Position numbers and translations under genes: made by a program. 64,000 nucleotides of DNA from an uncultured cyanobacterium (GTDB lineage Bacteria > Cyanobacteriota > Cyanobacteriia > Cyanobacteriales > CAWUOF01). Under the pieces are notes generated by a model. That model worked only from the letters and a program-made list of their open reading frames with translations, was not told where the DNA came from and did no database searches. The stretch covers positions 1,742,831 through 1,806,830 of the forward strand of contig CAVUSO010000001.1 of the NCBI GenBank assembly GCA_963744145.1. Reading direction: 5' to 3'. Positions 53,145-63,138 of this stretch are shown one piece after another; within the stretch, counting starts at the first letter, position 1, and each line of letters starts with the position of its first letter.

Positions 53145-54746
53145 ATGAACCCAAAACCAGACAAAATAATTATTTTCGATACCACTTTGCGGGATGGAGA
53201 ACAATCCCCTGGAGCGACTCTCAATGTAGATGAAAAATTGACCATTGCTCGTCAACTTGCTCGTTTAGGAGTAGATGTGATTGAAGCAGGTTTCCCCTAC
53301 GCAAGTGAGGGAGATTTTATTGCAGTTGAAAAAATTGCCCAAACCATTGGGACGGAAAATGGACCAATAATTTGCGGTTTAGCTCGAGCAACTCGTCCCG
53401 ATATCCAACGAGCAGCAGCAGCATTAAAACCAGCAGCACATCCGCGGATTCATACTTTTATTGCTACCTCGGATATTCATTTAGAATATAAGCTCAAGAA
53501 AACTCGAGCCGAAGTGTTAAATATTGTACCAGACATGGTAGCTTATGCTAAATCTTTTGTGGAAGATGTGGAATTTTCCCCAGAAGATGCAGGACGTTCT
53601 GATCCAGAATTTCTTTATGAAGTATTAGAAAGAGCGATCGCTGCTGGTGCGACAACTGTGAATATTCCGGATACAGTTGGATATACAACTCCGAGTGAAT
53701 TTGGAGCGTTAATTCGGGGAATTAAAGAAAATGTACCGAATATTGACCAAGCGATCATTTCTGTACATGGACATAATGATTTAGGGTTAGCAGTAGCTAA
53801 TTTTTTGGAAGCTGTGAAGAATGGTGCGCGTCAGTTAGAATGTACTGTGAATGGGATTGGTGAACGTGCTGGAAATGCAGCTTTAGAAGAATTAGTGATG
53901 GCACTATATGTACGTCGTCAGTATTTTAATCCTTTTTTAGGACGACCCGTAGAATCAGAAGCACCCCTGACTAATATTGATACTAATCAGATTTATAAAA
54001 CTTCTCGTTTGGTTTCTAACCTGACCGGAATGTTAGTGCAACCTAATAAAGCAATTGTCGGTGCTAATGCTTTTGCTCATGAGTCAGGGATTCATCAAGA
54101 TGGAGTCCTCAAGCATAAGCTGACTTATGAGATTATGGATGCTCAATCGATCGGTTTGACAGATAACCAAATTATCCTCGGGAAACTTTCCGGTCGTCAT
54201 GCTTTTCAAACTCGGTTGAAGGAATTAGGGTTTGAGTTATCAGAAACTGAATTGAATAATGCTTTTCTGAAATTTAAAGCAGTTGCTGATAAGAAAAAAG
54301 AAATTACTGATTGGGATCTAGAATCAATTGTTACTGACGAAATTCAGCAACCTCCCGAACTGTTCCGGTTAGAATTGGTGCAGGTTTCCTGTGGTGATCA
54401 CTCCCGTCCAACTGCAACGATCACGATGCGAGTTCCGACTGGGGAAGAATTAACTGACGCAGCGATCGGGACTGGTCCGGTTGATGCTGTTTATAAAGCA
54501 ATTAATCGTGTGGTTAATGTACCGAATGAATTAATTGAATATTCAGTCCAATCAGTAACTGCGGGGATCGATGCGTTAGGAGCAGTGACGATTCGGTTAC
54601 GTTCTCATGGACAGGTTTTTTCTGGTCATGCAGCTAATACAGATATTATTGTCGCTTCTGCTCATGCTTATGTTAATGCGCTCAATCGTCTTTATGCTGC
54701 GTTACAAAATCCGGTAGTTGCGGTACAGACTGCTGGTGTTTCTTAG
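53145..54746 (+). CDS. leuA: 2-isopropylmalate synthase
   Basis: [43 protein letters not shown] plus the C-terminal LeuA regulatory domain. The ORF track starts at a GTG (53136); the ATG at ~53145 with AAAGGTG upstream is the likelier start. Confidence 0.95.
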   Translation: MNPKPDKIIIFDTTLRDGEQSPGATLNVDEKLTIARQLARLGVDVIEAGFPYASEGDFIAVEKIAQTIGTENGPIICGLARATRPDIQRAAAALKPAAHPRIHTFIATSDIHLEYKLKKTRAEVLNIVPDMVAYAKSFVEDVEFSPEDAGRSDPEFLYEVLERAIAAGATTVNIPDTVGYTTPSEFGALIRGIKENVPNIDQAIISVHGHNDLGLAVANFLEAVKNGARQLECTVNGIGERAGNAALEELVMALYVRRQYFNPFLGRPVESEAPLTNIDTNQIYKTSRLVSNLTGMLVQPNKAIVGANAFAHESGIHQDGVLKHKLTYEIMDAQSIGLTDNQIILGKLSGRHAFQTRLKELGFELSETELNNAFLKFKAVADKKKEITDWDLESIVTDEIQQPPELFRLELVQVSCGDHSRPTATITMRVPTGEELTDAAIGTGPVDAVYKAINRVVNVPNELIEYSVQSVTAGIDALGAVTIRLRSHGQVFSGHAANTDIIVASAHAYVNALNRLYAALQNPVVAVQTAGVS

Positions 54747-54942
54747 ATTGGTGCGATCGCGGGGGTGCTTTAGTACCCCTGGGTTGCTTAAGAGGATGGA
54801 AGGGCAAATATTTGGTTAATGATATTGATAAAAATGCCGATAATTTTAGCTAGGTCAGTAATATAATATTCCTTGACATCTACAGAAATTAGTTTTTCTT
54901 CTAGTTGCAAAAATCTCCAAGCAGTTCCGGATGTGACTACTC

Positions 54943-55250
54943 CATGATAAAACTTAGTTAGTCAAAGATCAACTATCTTTTCAACTAAATTTATAATTTC
55001 TGCCGCGATCGCCTGAACTAAGTTTTAGTTTCCTCGCTCAAATTGACTCTAATAACTATATTATAATTACGGTTAAATTCAATTGGTTTGTGATTGATCT
55101 GTTGGTGAGGGCGGGTTTTTATTATTGGTTGGTTTATGTCAAAGATCCGGGTGAACCCGCCCCTACGGCGATCGCACATTGTCAATCAAATTTATCTTCT
55201 ATTGTTAATTTTGTCGGGATGGGTTTACCAACCTATTTTGTTATTTACAG
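54943..55250. repeat. R1: ~300-bp non-coding repeat (copy 1), containing a gggcgggtt / aacccgccc hairpin and HIP1 sites; direct repeat of 57741-58050
   Basis: Near-identical over the full ~300 bp to 57741-58050 (the two copies differ by a few scattered substitutions). Confidence 0.6.
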
Positions 55251-55313
55251 ATTATCTAGATAAATTTGCACACACCCCGCCGATCGGCTCGCTATGATTA
55301 TCATAGCCAAGGG

Positions 55314-57104
55314 CTAAGAAGTGCATCCAGCCGAGCAAGCAACCCGAAAGCCGTATTCGCTGACGCGGACATCCGGCCCATTATAGTCGCGATACGCAGA
55401 ACGACAAGCATTTGGAAAGTTGACCCACGACCCACCGCGCCCCAGCCGATATTGAGAATGATTCTTATTATCATCCCAGGAACTGCCATCTATGGGCGCA
55501 CCCTGGTAATTATCATGCCAAGAATCAGCACACCATTCCCATACATTTCCGTGCATATGATATAAGCCAAAACCATTGGGTGGAAAATTTCCTACATAAG
55601 TTGTTTTTTGGCGGCGATACTTCCCTTTTGATTCATTAGCGTAAGTATCACTAGCGTCATAATAAGCTAACTTACTGGTGATCGTTTCTCCAAAGTGAAA
55701 CGGTGTTGTTGTTCCTGCTCGACAAGCATATTCCCATTCCGCTTCGGTCGGTAAACGATAGTTTTTGCCTGTCTGTTTAGACAGTCTCGCACAAAATTCT
55801 AAAGATTCATACCAATTTACACTTTCTACAGGTCGATTTTCACCTTTAAATCTAGAGGGGTCTGTCGTTAAATCCATATTTATTGTAGGTAATTGAGCAA
55901 CAACACGCCATTGAGCTTGTGTTACTGCATATTTTCCTAGATAAAATGATGCTACAGTTACATCATGTTGCGGTCCTTCGTGATCAGATCTATTTTTTTC
56001 ATTACTTGGTGAACCCATCTTAAATTTACCGCTCGGAATTTTTACCATCTCTAAAGTCGTACCGTTTCCCAGATTTTCGGTAAAAAATTCCGCTTGTTCT
56101 CGACGGTTATTAATTTCCTGACCTTGTGCATTTACAGTTATTACCTCAAAGGTAAATATTTCTAATGAAAATGGTGCTGGTGCTGGGGTTAATGGTATTG
56201 ATGGGATGGGATACAACTGCTGCTCAATTTTTTTGAGACGTTGCAAAATTTCTTGAGTATTTTTAGGTCGCATCCCTGGAAAGGGTGCCATTAATTCATC
56301 GATAAAATCTGCCAATATCGGCGATATTTTTGCATTTCCGTCACGCCATAATAGTTGCATTGTTTCTGAATATTCAAAATTTGTCGGTCCTTTTCCTGTC
56401 AGCAAAAATACAAAAGTACGCCCTAAAGCATAAAAATCTGATTGTGGTACGGCTTGATTATGAATTTGTTCTAAAGGTGAATATTCGGGAGTAAAAACAC
56501 TGGTAACACCTGACATTTTACCGACTTTAGCTAAGTAGGTAGCTGTCATTTCTCTGGCAGTACCAAAGTCAATTAGAACTAACTGTCCATGAGGACGTTG
56601 CATGATATTAGGTGGTTTAATATCTCGGTGGAAATAGTCCTGTTTGTGGACGCAATCTAAAATTTCGGTGATTTGTTTTAACCAGTCGATCGCTTCTTTT
56701 TCCTGAATCGGTGGTTTTCCTTTCATCCATGTTTCTAAGTTTTCACCCTCCACCTTTTCCATCACAATGCAATAGATCAGCGGATCGTTGTTTCTGGGCT
56801 GAACTGTGAAATAAGCATCTACCTTGGGAATACCGGGATGATTTAGTTTGCTTAATACTTCTGCTTCTTTTTGAAATAGTTCTACTGCTTTAGGTTGATT
56901 TACTTTTAAAACTTTGAGGATTTTTGGCTTTCCTTGATCATCTGCTTCGTAAATAGTGCCAAAACCGCTATTGTCACTAAGTAGGTGTTTTACCCAGTAG
57001 CGTTTTTGCAGATATCTATCTGTTCCACAGTTACAACAGATAGGGTTAGTTCCGCTAGCGGGTTCATCGGGTTTGGGACAGTTTGGGTTTATACAGAGAC
57101 TCAT
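55314..57104 (-). CDS. Ser/Thr protein kinase fused to a C-terminal FGE-sulfatase (formylglycine-generating-enzyme-like) domain, with an N-terminal Cys-rich zinc-ribbon
   Basis: Zinc-ribbon CINPNCPKP..CCNCG; kinase motifs HRDIKPPNIM, DFGTA; C-terminal FGE/SUMF1 motifs GNVWEWCADSW, RGGSWVNFPNACRSAYR. Confidence 0.85.
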   Translation of the reverse strand: MSLCINPNCPKPDEPASGTNPICCNCGTDRYLQKRYWVKHLLSDNSGFGTIYEADDQGKPKILKVLKVNQPKAVELFQKEAEVLSKLNHPGIPKVDAYFTVQPRNNDPLIYCIVMEKVEGENLETWMKGKPPIQEKEAIDWLKQITEILDCVHKQDYFHRDIKPPNIMQRPHGQLVLIDFGTAREMTATYLAKVGKMSGVTSVFTPEYSPLEQIHNQAVPQSDFYALGRTFVFLLTGKGPTNFEYSETMQLLWRDGNAKISPILADFIDELMAPFPGMRPKNTQEILQRLKKIEQQLYPIPSIPLTPAPAPFSLEIFTFEVITVNAQGQEINNRREQAEFFTENLGNGTTLEMVKIPSGKFKMGSPSNEKNRSDHEGPQHDVTVASFYLGKYAVTQAQWRVVAQLPTINMDLTTDPSRFKGENRPVESVNWYESLEFCARLSKQTGKNYRLPTEAEWEYACRAGTTTPFHFGETITSKLAYYDASDTYANESKGKYRRQKTTYVGNFPPNGFGLYHMHGNVWEWCADSWHDNYQGAPIDGSSWDDNKNHSQYRLGRGGSWVNFPNACRSAYRDYNGPDVRVSEYGFRVACSAGCTS

Positions 57105-57204
57105 GTTGATCTGTGGGTTAGCTGTATTTTCCTAAAATAACATAACGTCCCTAAGAAAAAATCAACAACAAGCATTACTCAGGATATTTTTGCCGAGTGG
57201 AAAT

Positions 57205-57262
57205 TATCGCGATCGCCTGATCAATCTAGGTATAGGGAAGTAGATTTTTGTCTCTATACCTA
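57205..57262. promoter_or_regulatory. Palindrome P (ctaggtataggga-N12-tctctatacctag) between the coiled-coil gene and the kinase gene; operator- or recombination-site-like
   Basis: 13-bp arms with 1 mismatch; related copies at about 62296-62325 and 63812-63845 (perfect 11-bp arms agatataggga / tccctatatct). Confidence 0.4.
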
Positions 57263-57271
57263 GATGGAGAA

Positions 57272-57697
57272 TTATTGGTCAGTGGAAGCATGACCATTAC
57301 CAGATTCTCTGAGTAGATATTGCCAAATTTGTCGATTTTCAGCTTGCACATTCCGGATTGATGTCCAAATTTCCCGAATTGCTTGACGATCATGATCCGC
57401 ATTTCTGGTTAAACGAGTCACCGCATCGGTCATAAACTCCACTGATGCTTCTAATCGCTCCAGACTTTCAAAACTGTTACTAATTACTCTCTGGGTTTCA
57501 TAGACTAAGTTATCAAACCGAGAATTTACCTCATCCATCCGCTTGGTTAGTTTGGCGATCGCGATATTATTCTGCTGTTGTTGCTCAGATACTTGATCAA
57601 GTCGATCAGATACTTGATTAAGTGTCACTGCGGTAATTTGTTGTTGTTGGGCAAGATTGGCTAATATTTCCTCGATTCTGTCTAATCTTTCATTCAT
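57272..57697 (-). CDS. 141-aa coiled-coil protein of unknown function (Gln-rich, no TM)
   Basis: ORF with a heptad-like pattern (MNERLDRIEEILANLAQQQQ...); a paralog starts at 63852 and a 3' remnant lies at about 62340-62395. Confidence 0.55.
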   Translation of the reverse strand: MNERLDRIEEILANLAQQQQITAVTLNQVSDRLDQVSEQQQQNNIAIAKLTKRMDEVNSRFDNLVYETQRVISNSFESLERLEASVEFMTDAVTRLTRNADHDRQAIREIWTSIRNVQAENRQIWQYLLRESGNGHASTDQ

Positions 57698-57740
57698 GGA
57701 CTTACTACCTATTTTTGATGTTTTTCTATCAGTTTGCTCT

Positions 57741-58050
57741 ATGATAAAACTTAGTTAGTCAAAGATCAATACTCCTTTCAACTAAATTTATAATTTCTGC
57801 CGCGATCGCCTGAAATAAATTATATTTTCCTCGCTCAAATTGGCTCTAATAACTATCTTTAATCACTGTTAAATTCAATTGGTTTATGATTGATCTGTTG
57901 GTGAGGGCGGGTTTTTATTATTGGTTGGTTGATGTCAAAGATCCGGGTGAACCCGCCCTACAGCGATCGCACATTGCCAATCAAATTTATCCTCTATTGT
58001 TAATTTTGTTGGGGTGGGTTCACGCTACCAATTTTGTTATTCGTTGATCA
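57741..58050. repeat. R1': second copy of the ~300-bp repeat
   Basis: See 54943-55250. Confidence 0.6.
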
Positions 58051-58315
58051 CCTAGATCAACTAAACTTACCCACCGATCGCCGCGATCGCAGCCATCAAA
58101 TCGAGAAATTAAACCGTCGATCGGCTCCCGATGATATAATTAGTGATGATTGAGATACTTGGTTAATGGGATTGATCAAGATTTGCAGCGAGCTATTGAT
58201 ATTTTCTCAAACTTAAGCAATAATCACATTATCGTAGCCAGACCAGCACTACACCATAATAATTAAATAACCAGGTTACTTTTTCCCAAAAAAAATTTAT
58301 CTCTTCGATCGGGGG

Positions 58316-58545
58316 CTAAATCAAGAAAGAGTAAAGTAAAGAAGGGTAAAGGACAAGAGAGCCAAGGGCTAAGAAGTCCCCCCAACTGAGCAGACAACCC
58401 GAAAGCCGAATTCGTGGTAGAGGCGGAATTCCTGATCCAATAAAGAAGCGACAGGCAGAACGACAAAACCGCGGATAATTGAACCACGAGCCACCACGCA
58501 TAGTATGGTATTGATAATTATTCTTATTAGTATCATAGAAATAAC
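58316..58545 (-). pseudogene. C-terminal FGE-domain remnant detached from the kinase gene at 60.4-62.3 kb by the IS insertion
   Basis: Hand translation ..YFYDTNKNNYQYHTMRGGSWFNYPRFCRSACR.. aligns to ..WDDNKNHSQYRLGRGGSWVNFPNACRSAYR.. of the intact paralog. The DNA is also similar to 55300-55400. Confidence 0.55.
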
Positions 58546-60432
58546 TCGGTAAGTGGGAAACTCAGTTCTTTAGAACTGGGAGGGAAACGGCTCGTGCGGT
58601 TTTAACCGCCAGTAAATATTTCTTCAATTAGCGGAGTGGTGTGGGTCTTCTATGTATTTCTTAACCACTTCACTACTAATATTACCTGCTGTGCTTACAA
58701 AATAACTGCTTGTCCAAAGACTAGGTAATTTTAATAATTGTGGAAACTCTTTTCTTAGATAATTACTTGACCTTCCTTTAAATGCTTTAACCACCAGTGC
58801 GGGGGTGTCTGTCGGTTTAACTGCCACAAATAGATGTACATGATCTGGGGCAACTTCTAAGGCTAAAATATCCCAACCTTTCTCTATTGCCAAAGCTAAA
58901 AATATCTGACGGATTCTAGTTGCTATATCGCCGACTAGAACTGGACGGCGACGCTTAGGGATAAATACAAAATGGTAGTTAAGCAGGAACTTGACGTGAT
59001 TGTGGGTTTTGTATTCCGGTAAATTTAGCATAAAAAGATTGTAGATATAAGTTGACAAATCAACTATACTACGTTATGCTGTTAATAACAAGATAGAAAA
59101 GGAAAGAAAGTGGCTAAAGCTAGAAGTAAGACGCCAAAAAAAACCAAAGTACCGTTAGGTGTTCAGCAAAATTTGATCAATGCTGAACCAGAGTTAAAAG
59201 CAATTCTTGAATTTATTTGCTCGGAGTCGAACAAACTCCACAATTGTGCTACCTACTATGCGCGTCAAATGTGGTTTAAAGCTCACCAATACGTCACCAA
59301 GTTTGACATAGTAAGGAATCTTACGGAAAATGTGCATTTCTCTGCACTACCCTCAGATGCAGCAGTGCAAACTTGTATCTCAGTGGGAGAGTCAATTAGC
59401 TCTTTTGCCAAGTTACGGGGGTTGTGGCTAAGTGGTCAACTTGAAACTAGACCCAAACTACCCAATTATCGAAAACCGGGGTATCAATTAGTTGCCTATC
59501 CTAAACGGTCACTAAGGTTAATTGATGGAAAGATTAGATTCCCTTTAGGATTACAGGTCAATGCTTGGTTTGGCATCAAAGAATTTTTCCTACCAATGCC
59601 AACTAACCTAGATTTTGAGTCTCTTAGAGAGGTCAGGATACTCCCTAGAAACGGTTGCTTTTATGCTGAGTTTATCTACCCAGTTCTAGTCGAAAAACCT
59701 GTCCTAGACCCAGCTAAATGTTTGGGGATAGACCACGGTTTGAATAACTGGTTGACAGCCGTTAGTAATGTAGGGACAAGTTTTATTATTGATGGCAAAC
59801 ACCTAAAGTCAGTCAATCAATGGTACAACAAACAGGTCGCCAAACTTAAAGCTAATAAACCCGAAGGTTTTTGGTCTAATCGTTTAGCTGCAATGACGGA
59901 GAAACGTAATAGACAAATGAGGGACGCTATCAACAAAGCGGCTCGGATAGTGATAAACCATTGTTTAAATAATGGGATAGGAACTTTAGTTTTTGGTTGG
60001 AATAAAAGTCAAAAAGATGGGATAGAGTTAGGCAAAAAGAACAATCAAAACTTTGTCCAAATCCCTACGGCTAGGCTTAAAGCAAGAATTCAAGAACTTT
60101 GTGAGTTGTTTGGCATTAAGTTTGCCGAAACTGAAGAAAGTTATACCAGCAAGGCTAGTTTTTTAGATGCTGATCCCATCCCAACTTACGGTGAAAAACC
60201 CGCAGGATGGACAGCATCAGGAAAAAGAGTTAGCCGTGGTTCCTATCTCAGTTCCAAAGGCACTAAGATAAATGCCGATTGCAATGGTGCAGCCAACATT
60301 TTAAGAAAAGTAGCGGTGGAGCTTGGGCTAGTCCTAAGTGAAATCAGTAGAGGTGTCTTGTACGCGCACTTTGAAGTTCAGGATCTGGACTCTTCAAGAA
60401 TCTCAGTGTCTTTAGACCTGAGAGTATCAATC
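58536..60432. mobile_element. IS200/IS605-family insertion sequence (divergent tnpA / tnpB) inserted in the FGE domain of a Ser/Thr kinase gene
   Basis: tnpA and tnpB ORFs; subterminal hairpin cagttctttagaactg near the left end; the host reading frame is interrupted exactly between ..GAPIDGSAW and DTNKNNYQYH..; the ends are approximate. Confidence 0.75.
58624..59058 (-). CDS. tnpA: IS200/IS605 family transposase TnpA (HUH Y1)
   Basis: HVHLFVAVKPTDTPALVVKAFKGRSSNYLRKEFPQL...LWTSSYFVSTAGNISSEVVKKYIE is the Y1 transposase signature (HxH + catalytic Tyr region). Confidence 0.85.
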   Translation of the reverse strand: MSTYIYNLFMLNLPEYKTHNHVKFLLNYHFVFIPKRRRPVLVGDIATRIRQIFLALAIEKGWDILALEVAPDHVHLFVAVKPTDTPALVVKAFKGRSSNYLRKEFPQLLKLPSLWTSSYFVSTAGNISSEVVKKYIEDPHHSAN

Positions 60433-60462
60433 CAAGCACTTCCATCTATGGGCGCACCTTGA
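59110..60462 (+). CDS. tnpB: IS605 OrfB-family TnpB (RuvC-like, RNA-guided nuclease ancestor)
   Basis: C-terminal CNGAANILRK zinc-finger region and the OrfB_IS605 pattern; the last ~10 codons of the ORF read into host DNA. Confidence 0.85.
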   Translation: MAKARSKTPKKTKVPLGVQQNLINAEPELKAILEFICSESNKLHNCATYYARQMWFKAHQYVTKFDIVRNLTENVHFSALPSDAAVQTCISVGESISSFAKLRGLWLSGQLETRPKLPNYRKPGYQLVAYPKRSLRLIDGKIRFPLGLQVNAWFGIKEFFLPMPTNLDFESLREVRILPRNGCFYAEFIYPVLVEKPVLDPAKCLGIDHGLNNWLTAVSNVGTSFIIDGKHLKSVNQWYNKQVAKLKANKPEGFWSNRLAAMTEKRNRQMRDAINKAARIVINHCLNNGIGTLVFGWNKSQKDGIELGKKNNQNFVQIPTARLKARIQELCELFGIKFAETEESYTSKASFLDADPIPTYGEKPAGWTASGKRVSRGSYLSSKGTKINADCNGAANILRKVAVELGLVLSEISRGVLYAHFEVQDLDSSRISVSLDLRVSIQALPSMGAP

Positions 60463-62258
60463 TAATTTTTATGCCAAAAATCAGCACACCATTCCCATAC
60501 ATTTCCGTGCAGATCGTATAAGCCAAAACCATTGGGTGGAAAAGTTCCTACCTCTGTTGTTTGTTGGCGATACTCCCCTTTTGCTTCATTAGCATAAATA
60601 TAGCTAGCGGCATAATTAGCTAACTTACTGGTAATCGTTTCCCCAAAGTGAAACGGTGTTGTTGTTCCGGCTCGACAAGCATATTCCCATTCCGCTTCCG
60701 TCGGTAACCGATAGGTTTTACCTGTCTGTAATGATAGTCTGGCACAAAATTCTCCAGATTCATCCCAATTTACTTGTTCTACAGGTCGATTTTCACCTTT
60801 AAAATAAGAGGGGTCTGGCTTTAAATCTATATTTATTTTAGGTAATTTGGCAACGGCACGCCATTGAGCCTGTGTCACTGCATATTTTCCCAAATAAAAT
60901 GATGCCACAGTCACATCATGTTGTGGTTCCTCCTGATCATATCTATCCTTTTCATTACTTGGTGAACCCATTTTAAATTTACCGCTAGGAATTTTCACCA
61001 TCTCTAAAGTCGTACCATTTCCCAGATTTTCTGGAAAAAATTCCGCTTGTTCCTGACGACTATTAATTTGCTGACCTTGTGAATTTACAGTTATTACCTC
61101 AAATGTAAATGTAGGGTTTATTGGTTTCTTGCGATCTAATATCGTCAAATAACTAACTATTCCTAATACACCAACACTACTAAATCCGACGATCCCCGTA
61201 AGGAAATCTCGCCTTGTTGATCCTGGTGTGCTCGAAGTTGGTGAAATATTTTTAGGATTTAATGAAGGTGCTGATGGATACAACTGCTCCTCAATTTTTT
61301 TGAGTTGTTGCAAAATTTCTTGAGTATTTTTAGGTCGCTTTCCTGGAAAGGGGGCCATTAATTCATCAATAAAATCTGCAAAGATCGGCGAGATTGTTGA
61401 TGCTTTTTCTCGCCATTGCAGTTGACCAGTGTGGGCATCTTCTTCAAAGTCTGTAGGTGTTTTGCCAGTCAGCAAAAACACAAAAGTGCGCCCTAATGCG
61501 TAAAAATCTGATTGCGGTACGGCTTTACTATTGACTTGTTCTAAAGGCGTATATCCTGCACTATTAACGCTAGTGACACCAAGGATGCCACCTACTTTAG
61601 CTAAATAAGTAGTAGTCATTTCCCTGGCGGTGCCAAAATCAATTAAAACTAACTGCCCACTAGGATTTTGCATGATATTAGCAGGTTTAATATCCCGGTG
61701 AAAATACTGCTGTTGGTGTACGCAATCTAAAATTTCTGTGATTTCCTTTAACCAGTCGATCGCTTCTTTTTCCTGAATTGGTGGTTTTCCTTGCCTTAAT
61801 TCTTCTAGGTTCTTTCCCTCAATTTTTTCCATGACAATACAATGCAACGGCTGATTACTACTTCTCGGTTGTACTGTGAAATAAACATCTATTTTGGGAA
61901 TACCAGGATGGTTGAGGTTGCTTAATACTTCTGCTTCTTTTTGAAATAGTTCTACGGCTTTAGGTTCATTTAATTTTAAAACTTTGAGGATTTTTGCTGT
62001 TCCTTGATCATCGGCTTCGTAAATAGTACCAAACCCGCTATTGTCACTGAGTAGGTGTTTTACCCAGTAGCGTTTTTGCAGATATCTATCTGTACCACAG
62101 TTACAACAGATAGGGTTATTTCCGTTGGCGGGGTCATCAGGTTTGGGGCAGCTTGGGTTTATACAGAGACTCATTTCTATCTGTGAGTTAGCTAGGTTTT
62201 TCTCATCTAATCTACCATCCCTAGGTAACCATCGGCAACCATTACTCTGGATTTTCAA
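60378..62258 (-). CDS. Ser/Thr kinase - FGE-domain fusion paralog, 3' end truncated by the IS605 element (C-terminal 17 aa IDTLRSKDTEILEESRS are IS-derived)
   Basis: Same zinc-ribbon + kinase + FGE architecture as 55314..57104, plus a predicted TM segment (FLTGIVGFSSVGVLGIVSYLTIL) between the kinase and FGE domains that the other copy lacks. Sequence diverges from the intact paralog right after ..NYQGAPIDGSAW. Confidence 0.75.
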   Translation of the reverse strand: MKIQSNGCRWLPRDGRLDEKNLANSQIEMSLCINPSCPKPDDPANGNNPICCNCGTDRYLQKRYWVKHLLSDNSGFGTIYEADDQGTAKILKVLKLNEPKAVELFQKEAEVLSNLNHPGIPKIDVYFTVQPRSSNQPLHCIVMEKIEGKNLEELRQGKPPIQEKEAIDWLKEITEILDCVHQQQYFHRDIKPANIMQNPSGQLVLIDFGTAREMTTTYLAKVGGILGVTSVNSAGYTPLEQVNSKAVPQSDFYALGRTFVFLLTGKTPTDFEEDAHTGQLQWREKASTISPIFADFIDELMAPFPGKRPKNTQEILQQLKKIEEQLYPSAPSLNPKNISPTSSTPGSTRRDFLTGIVGFSSVGVLGIVSYLTILDRKKPINPTFTFEVITVNSQGQQINSRQEQAEFFPENLGNGTTLEMVKIPSGKFKMGSPSNEKDRYDQEEPQHDVTVASFYLGKYAVTQAQWRAVAKLPKINIDLKPDPSYFKGENRPVEQVNWDESGEFCARLSLQTGKTYRLPTEAEWEYACRAGTTTPFHFGETITSKLANYAASYIYANEAKGEYRQQTTEVGTFPPNGFGLYDLHGNVWEWCADFWHKNYQGAPIDGSAWIDTLRSKDTEILEESRS

Positions 62259-62397
62259 CTAAATCTATTACTTTCTGCCGCGATCGCTTGCTCAATATAG
62301 ATATAGGACGGTATATTTGTATACCTATACCGATTGAGAATTATTGGTGAGTAGGAGAATGACCATGATCAGATTCTCTGAGTAGATCTGGCGATCG

Positions 62398-62988
62398 CTA
62401 GGTTTGGTTTTCTGGCTCTATACTGTCAAATGAGACATCTTCATACAAATTATCAATGCTAGTACGAAAGTCTATACTTGCCAAATGAATTTCACTACCT
62501 GGAAAATAGAATTGCAACACCCATAATCCTTCGGGATTACGACGAAAGCAGTCTAATCGCGGCTGCTTTTGACTAATTAAAACATATTCTTGCAAGGTTT
62601 CCAATTTTTGATAGTCTACAAATTTATCACCTCGGTCAAAAGCTTCTGTTGATTCAGATAAAACTTCGACAATTAAACAAGGATATTTTTTATAATTTAC
62701 AAATTCTCGATCTCTCGGATCACAAGTTACCATCACATCAGGATAGTAAAAAATATTAGCGGTATCTATCCGGGCTTTCATATCCGCTATATAGACACGA
62801 CAACCAGTACCTCGCAGATGATTTCTTAATATTGAAGCCAAGTTAAGGGAAATAGTGATATGGGCATCACTAGCACCAGCCATTGCATAAACTTGCCCAT
62901 CAATATATTCGTGTTTGATCGAGCTGAGTTCTTCGATCGCTAGATAATCTTTAGCAGAAATAAAATCTTGACTTTGATTGGCAATCAT
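62398..62988 (-). CDS. Uma2-family (DUF820) putative endonuclease, copy 1 of a tandem pair
   Basis: YLAIEELSSIKHEYIDGQVYAMAGASDAH...IVEVLSESTEAFDRGDKFVDYQKLETLQEYVLISQ has the Uma2 pattern. Confidence 0.8.
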   Translation of the reverse strand: MIANQSQDFISAKDYLAIEELSSIKHEYIDGQVYAMAGASDAHITISLNLASILRNHLRGTGCRVYIADMKARIDTANIFYYPDVMVTCDPRDREFVNYKKYPCLIVEVLSESTEAFDRGDKFVDYQKLETLQEYVLISQKQPRLDCFRRNPEGLWVLQFYFPGSEIHLASIDFRTSIDNLYEDVSFDSIEPENQT

Positions 62989-63138
62989 AATTTTCGCAAA
63001 AAATAGATGATCTGATTATACCATCATAAAACAATTAATTCTAGTTAAAATTTTCTAGTTTACGCCGCTCAATTATCCCCATAATTAACAATTAAATTTA
63101 CTACTGTTATACATGATCAGATTCTCTGATTAGATCGG

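Noticed and set aside
55266-55565. ORFs 55266..55565 (+) and 55301..55489 (-)
   Set aside because: They overlap the 3' end of the kinase-FGE gene; the 55314..57104 frame carries the FGE motifs.
58263-58487. 74-aa ORF 58263..58487 (-)
   Set aside because: Alternative frame over the FGE remnant; the 58316..58501 frame is the one that aligns to FGE C-termini.
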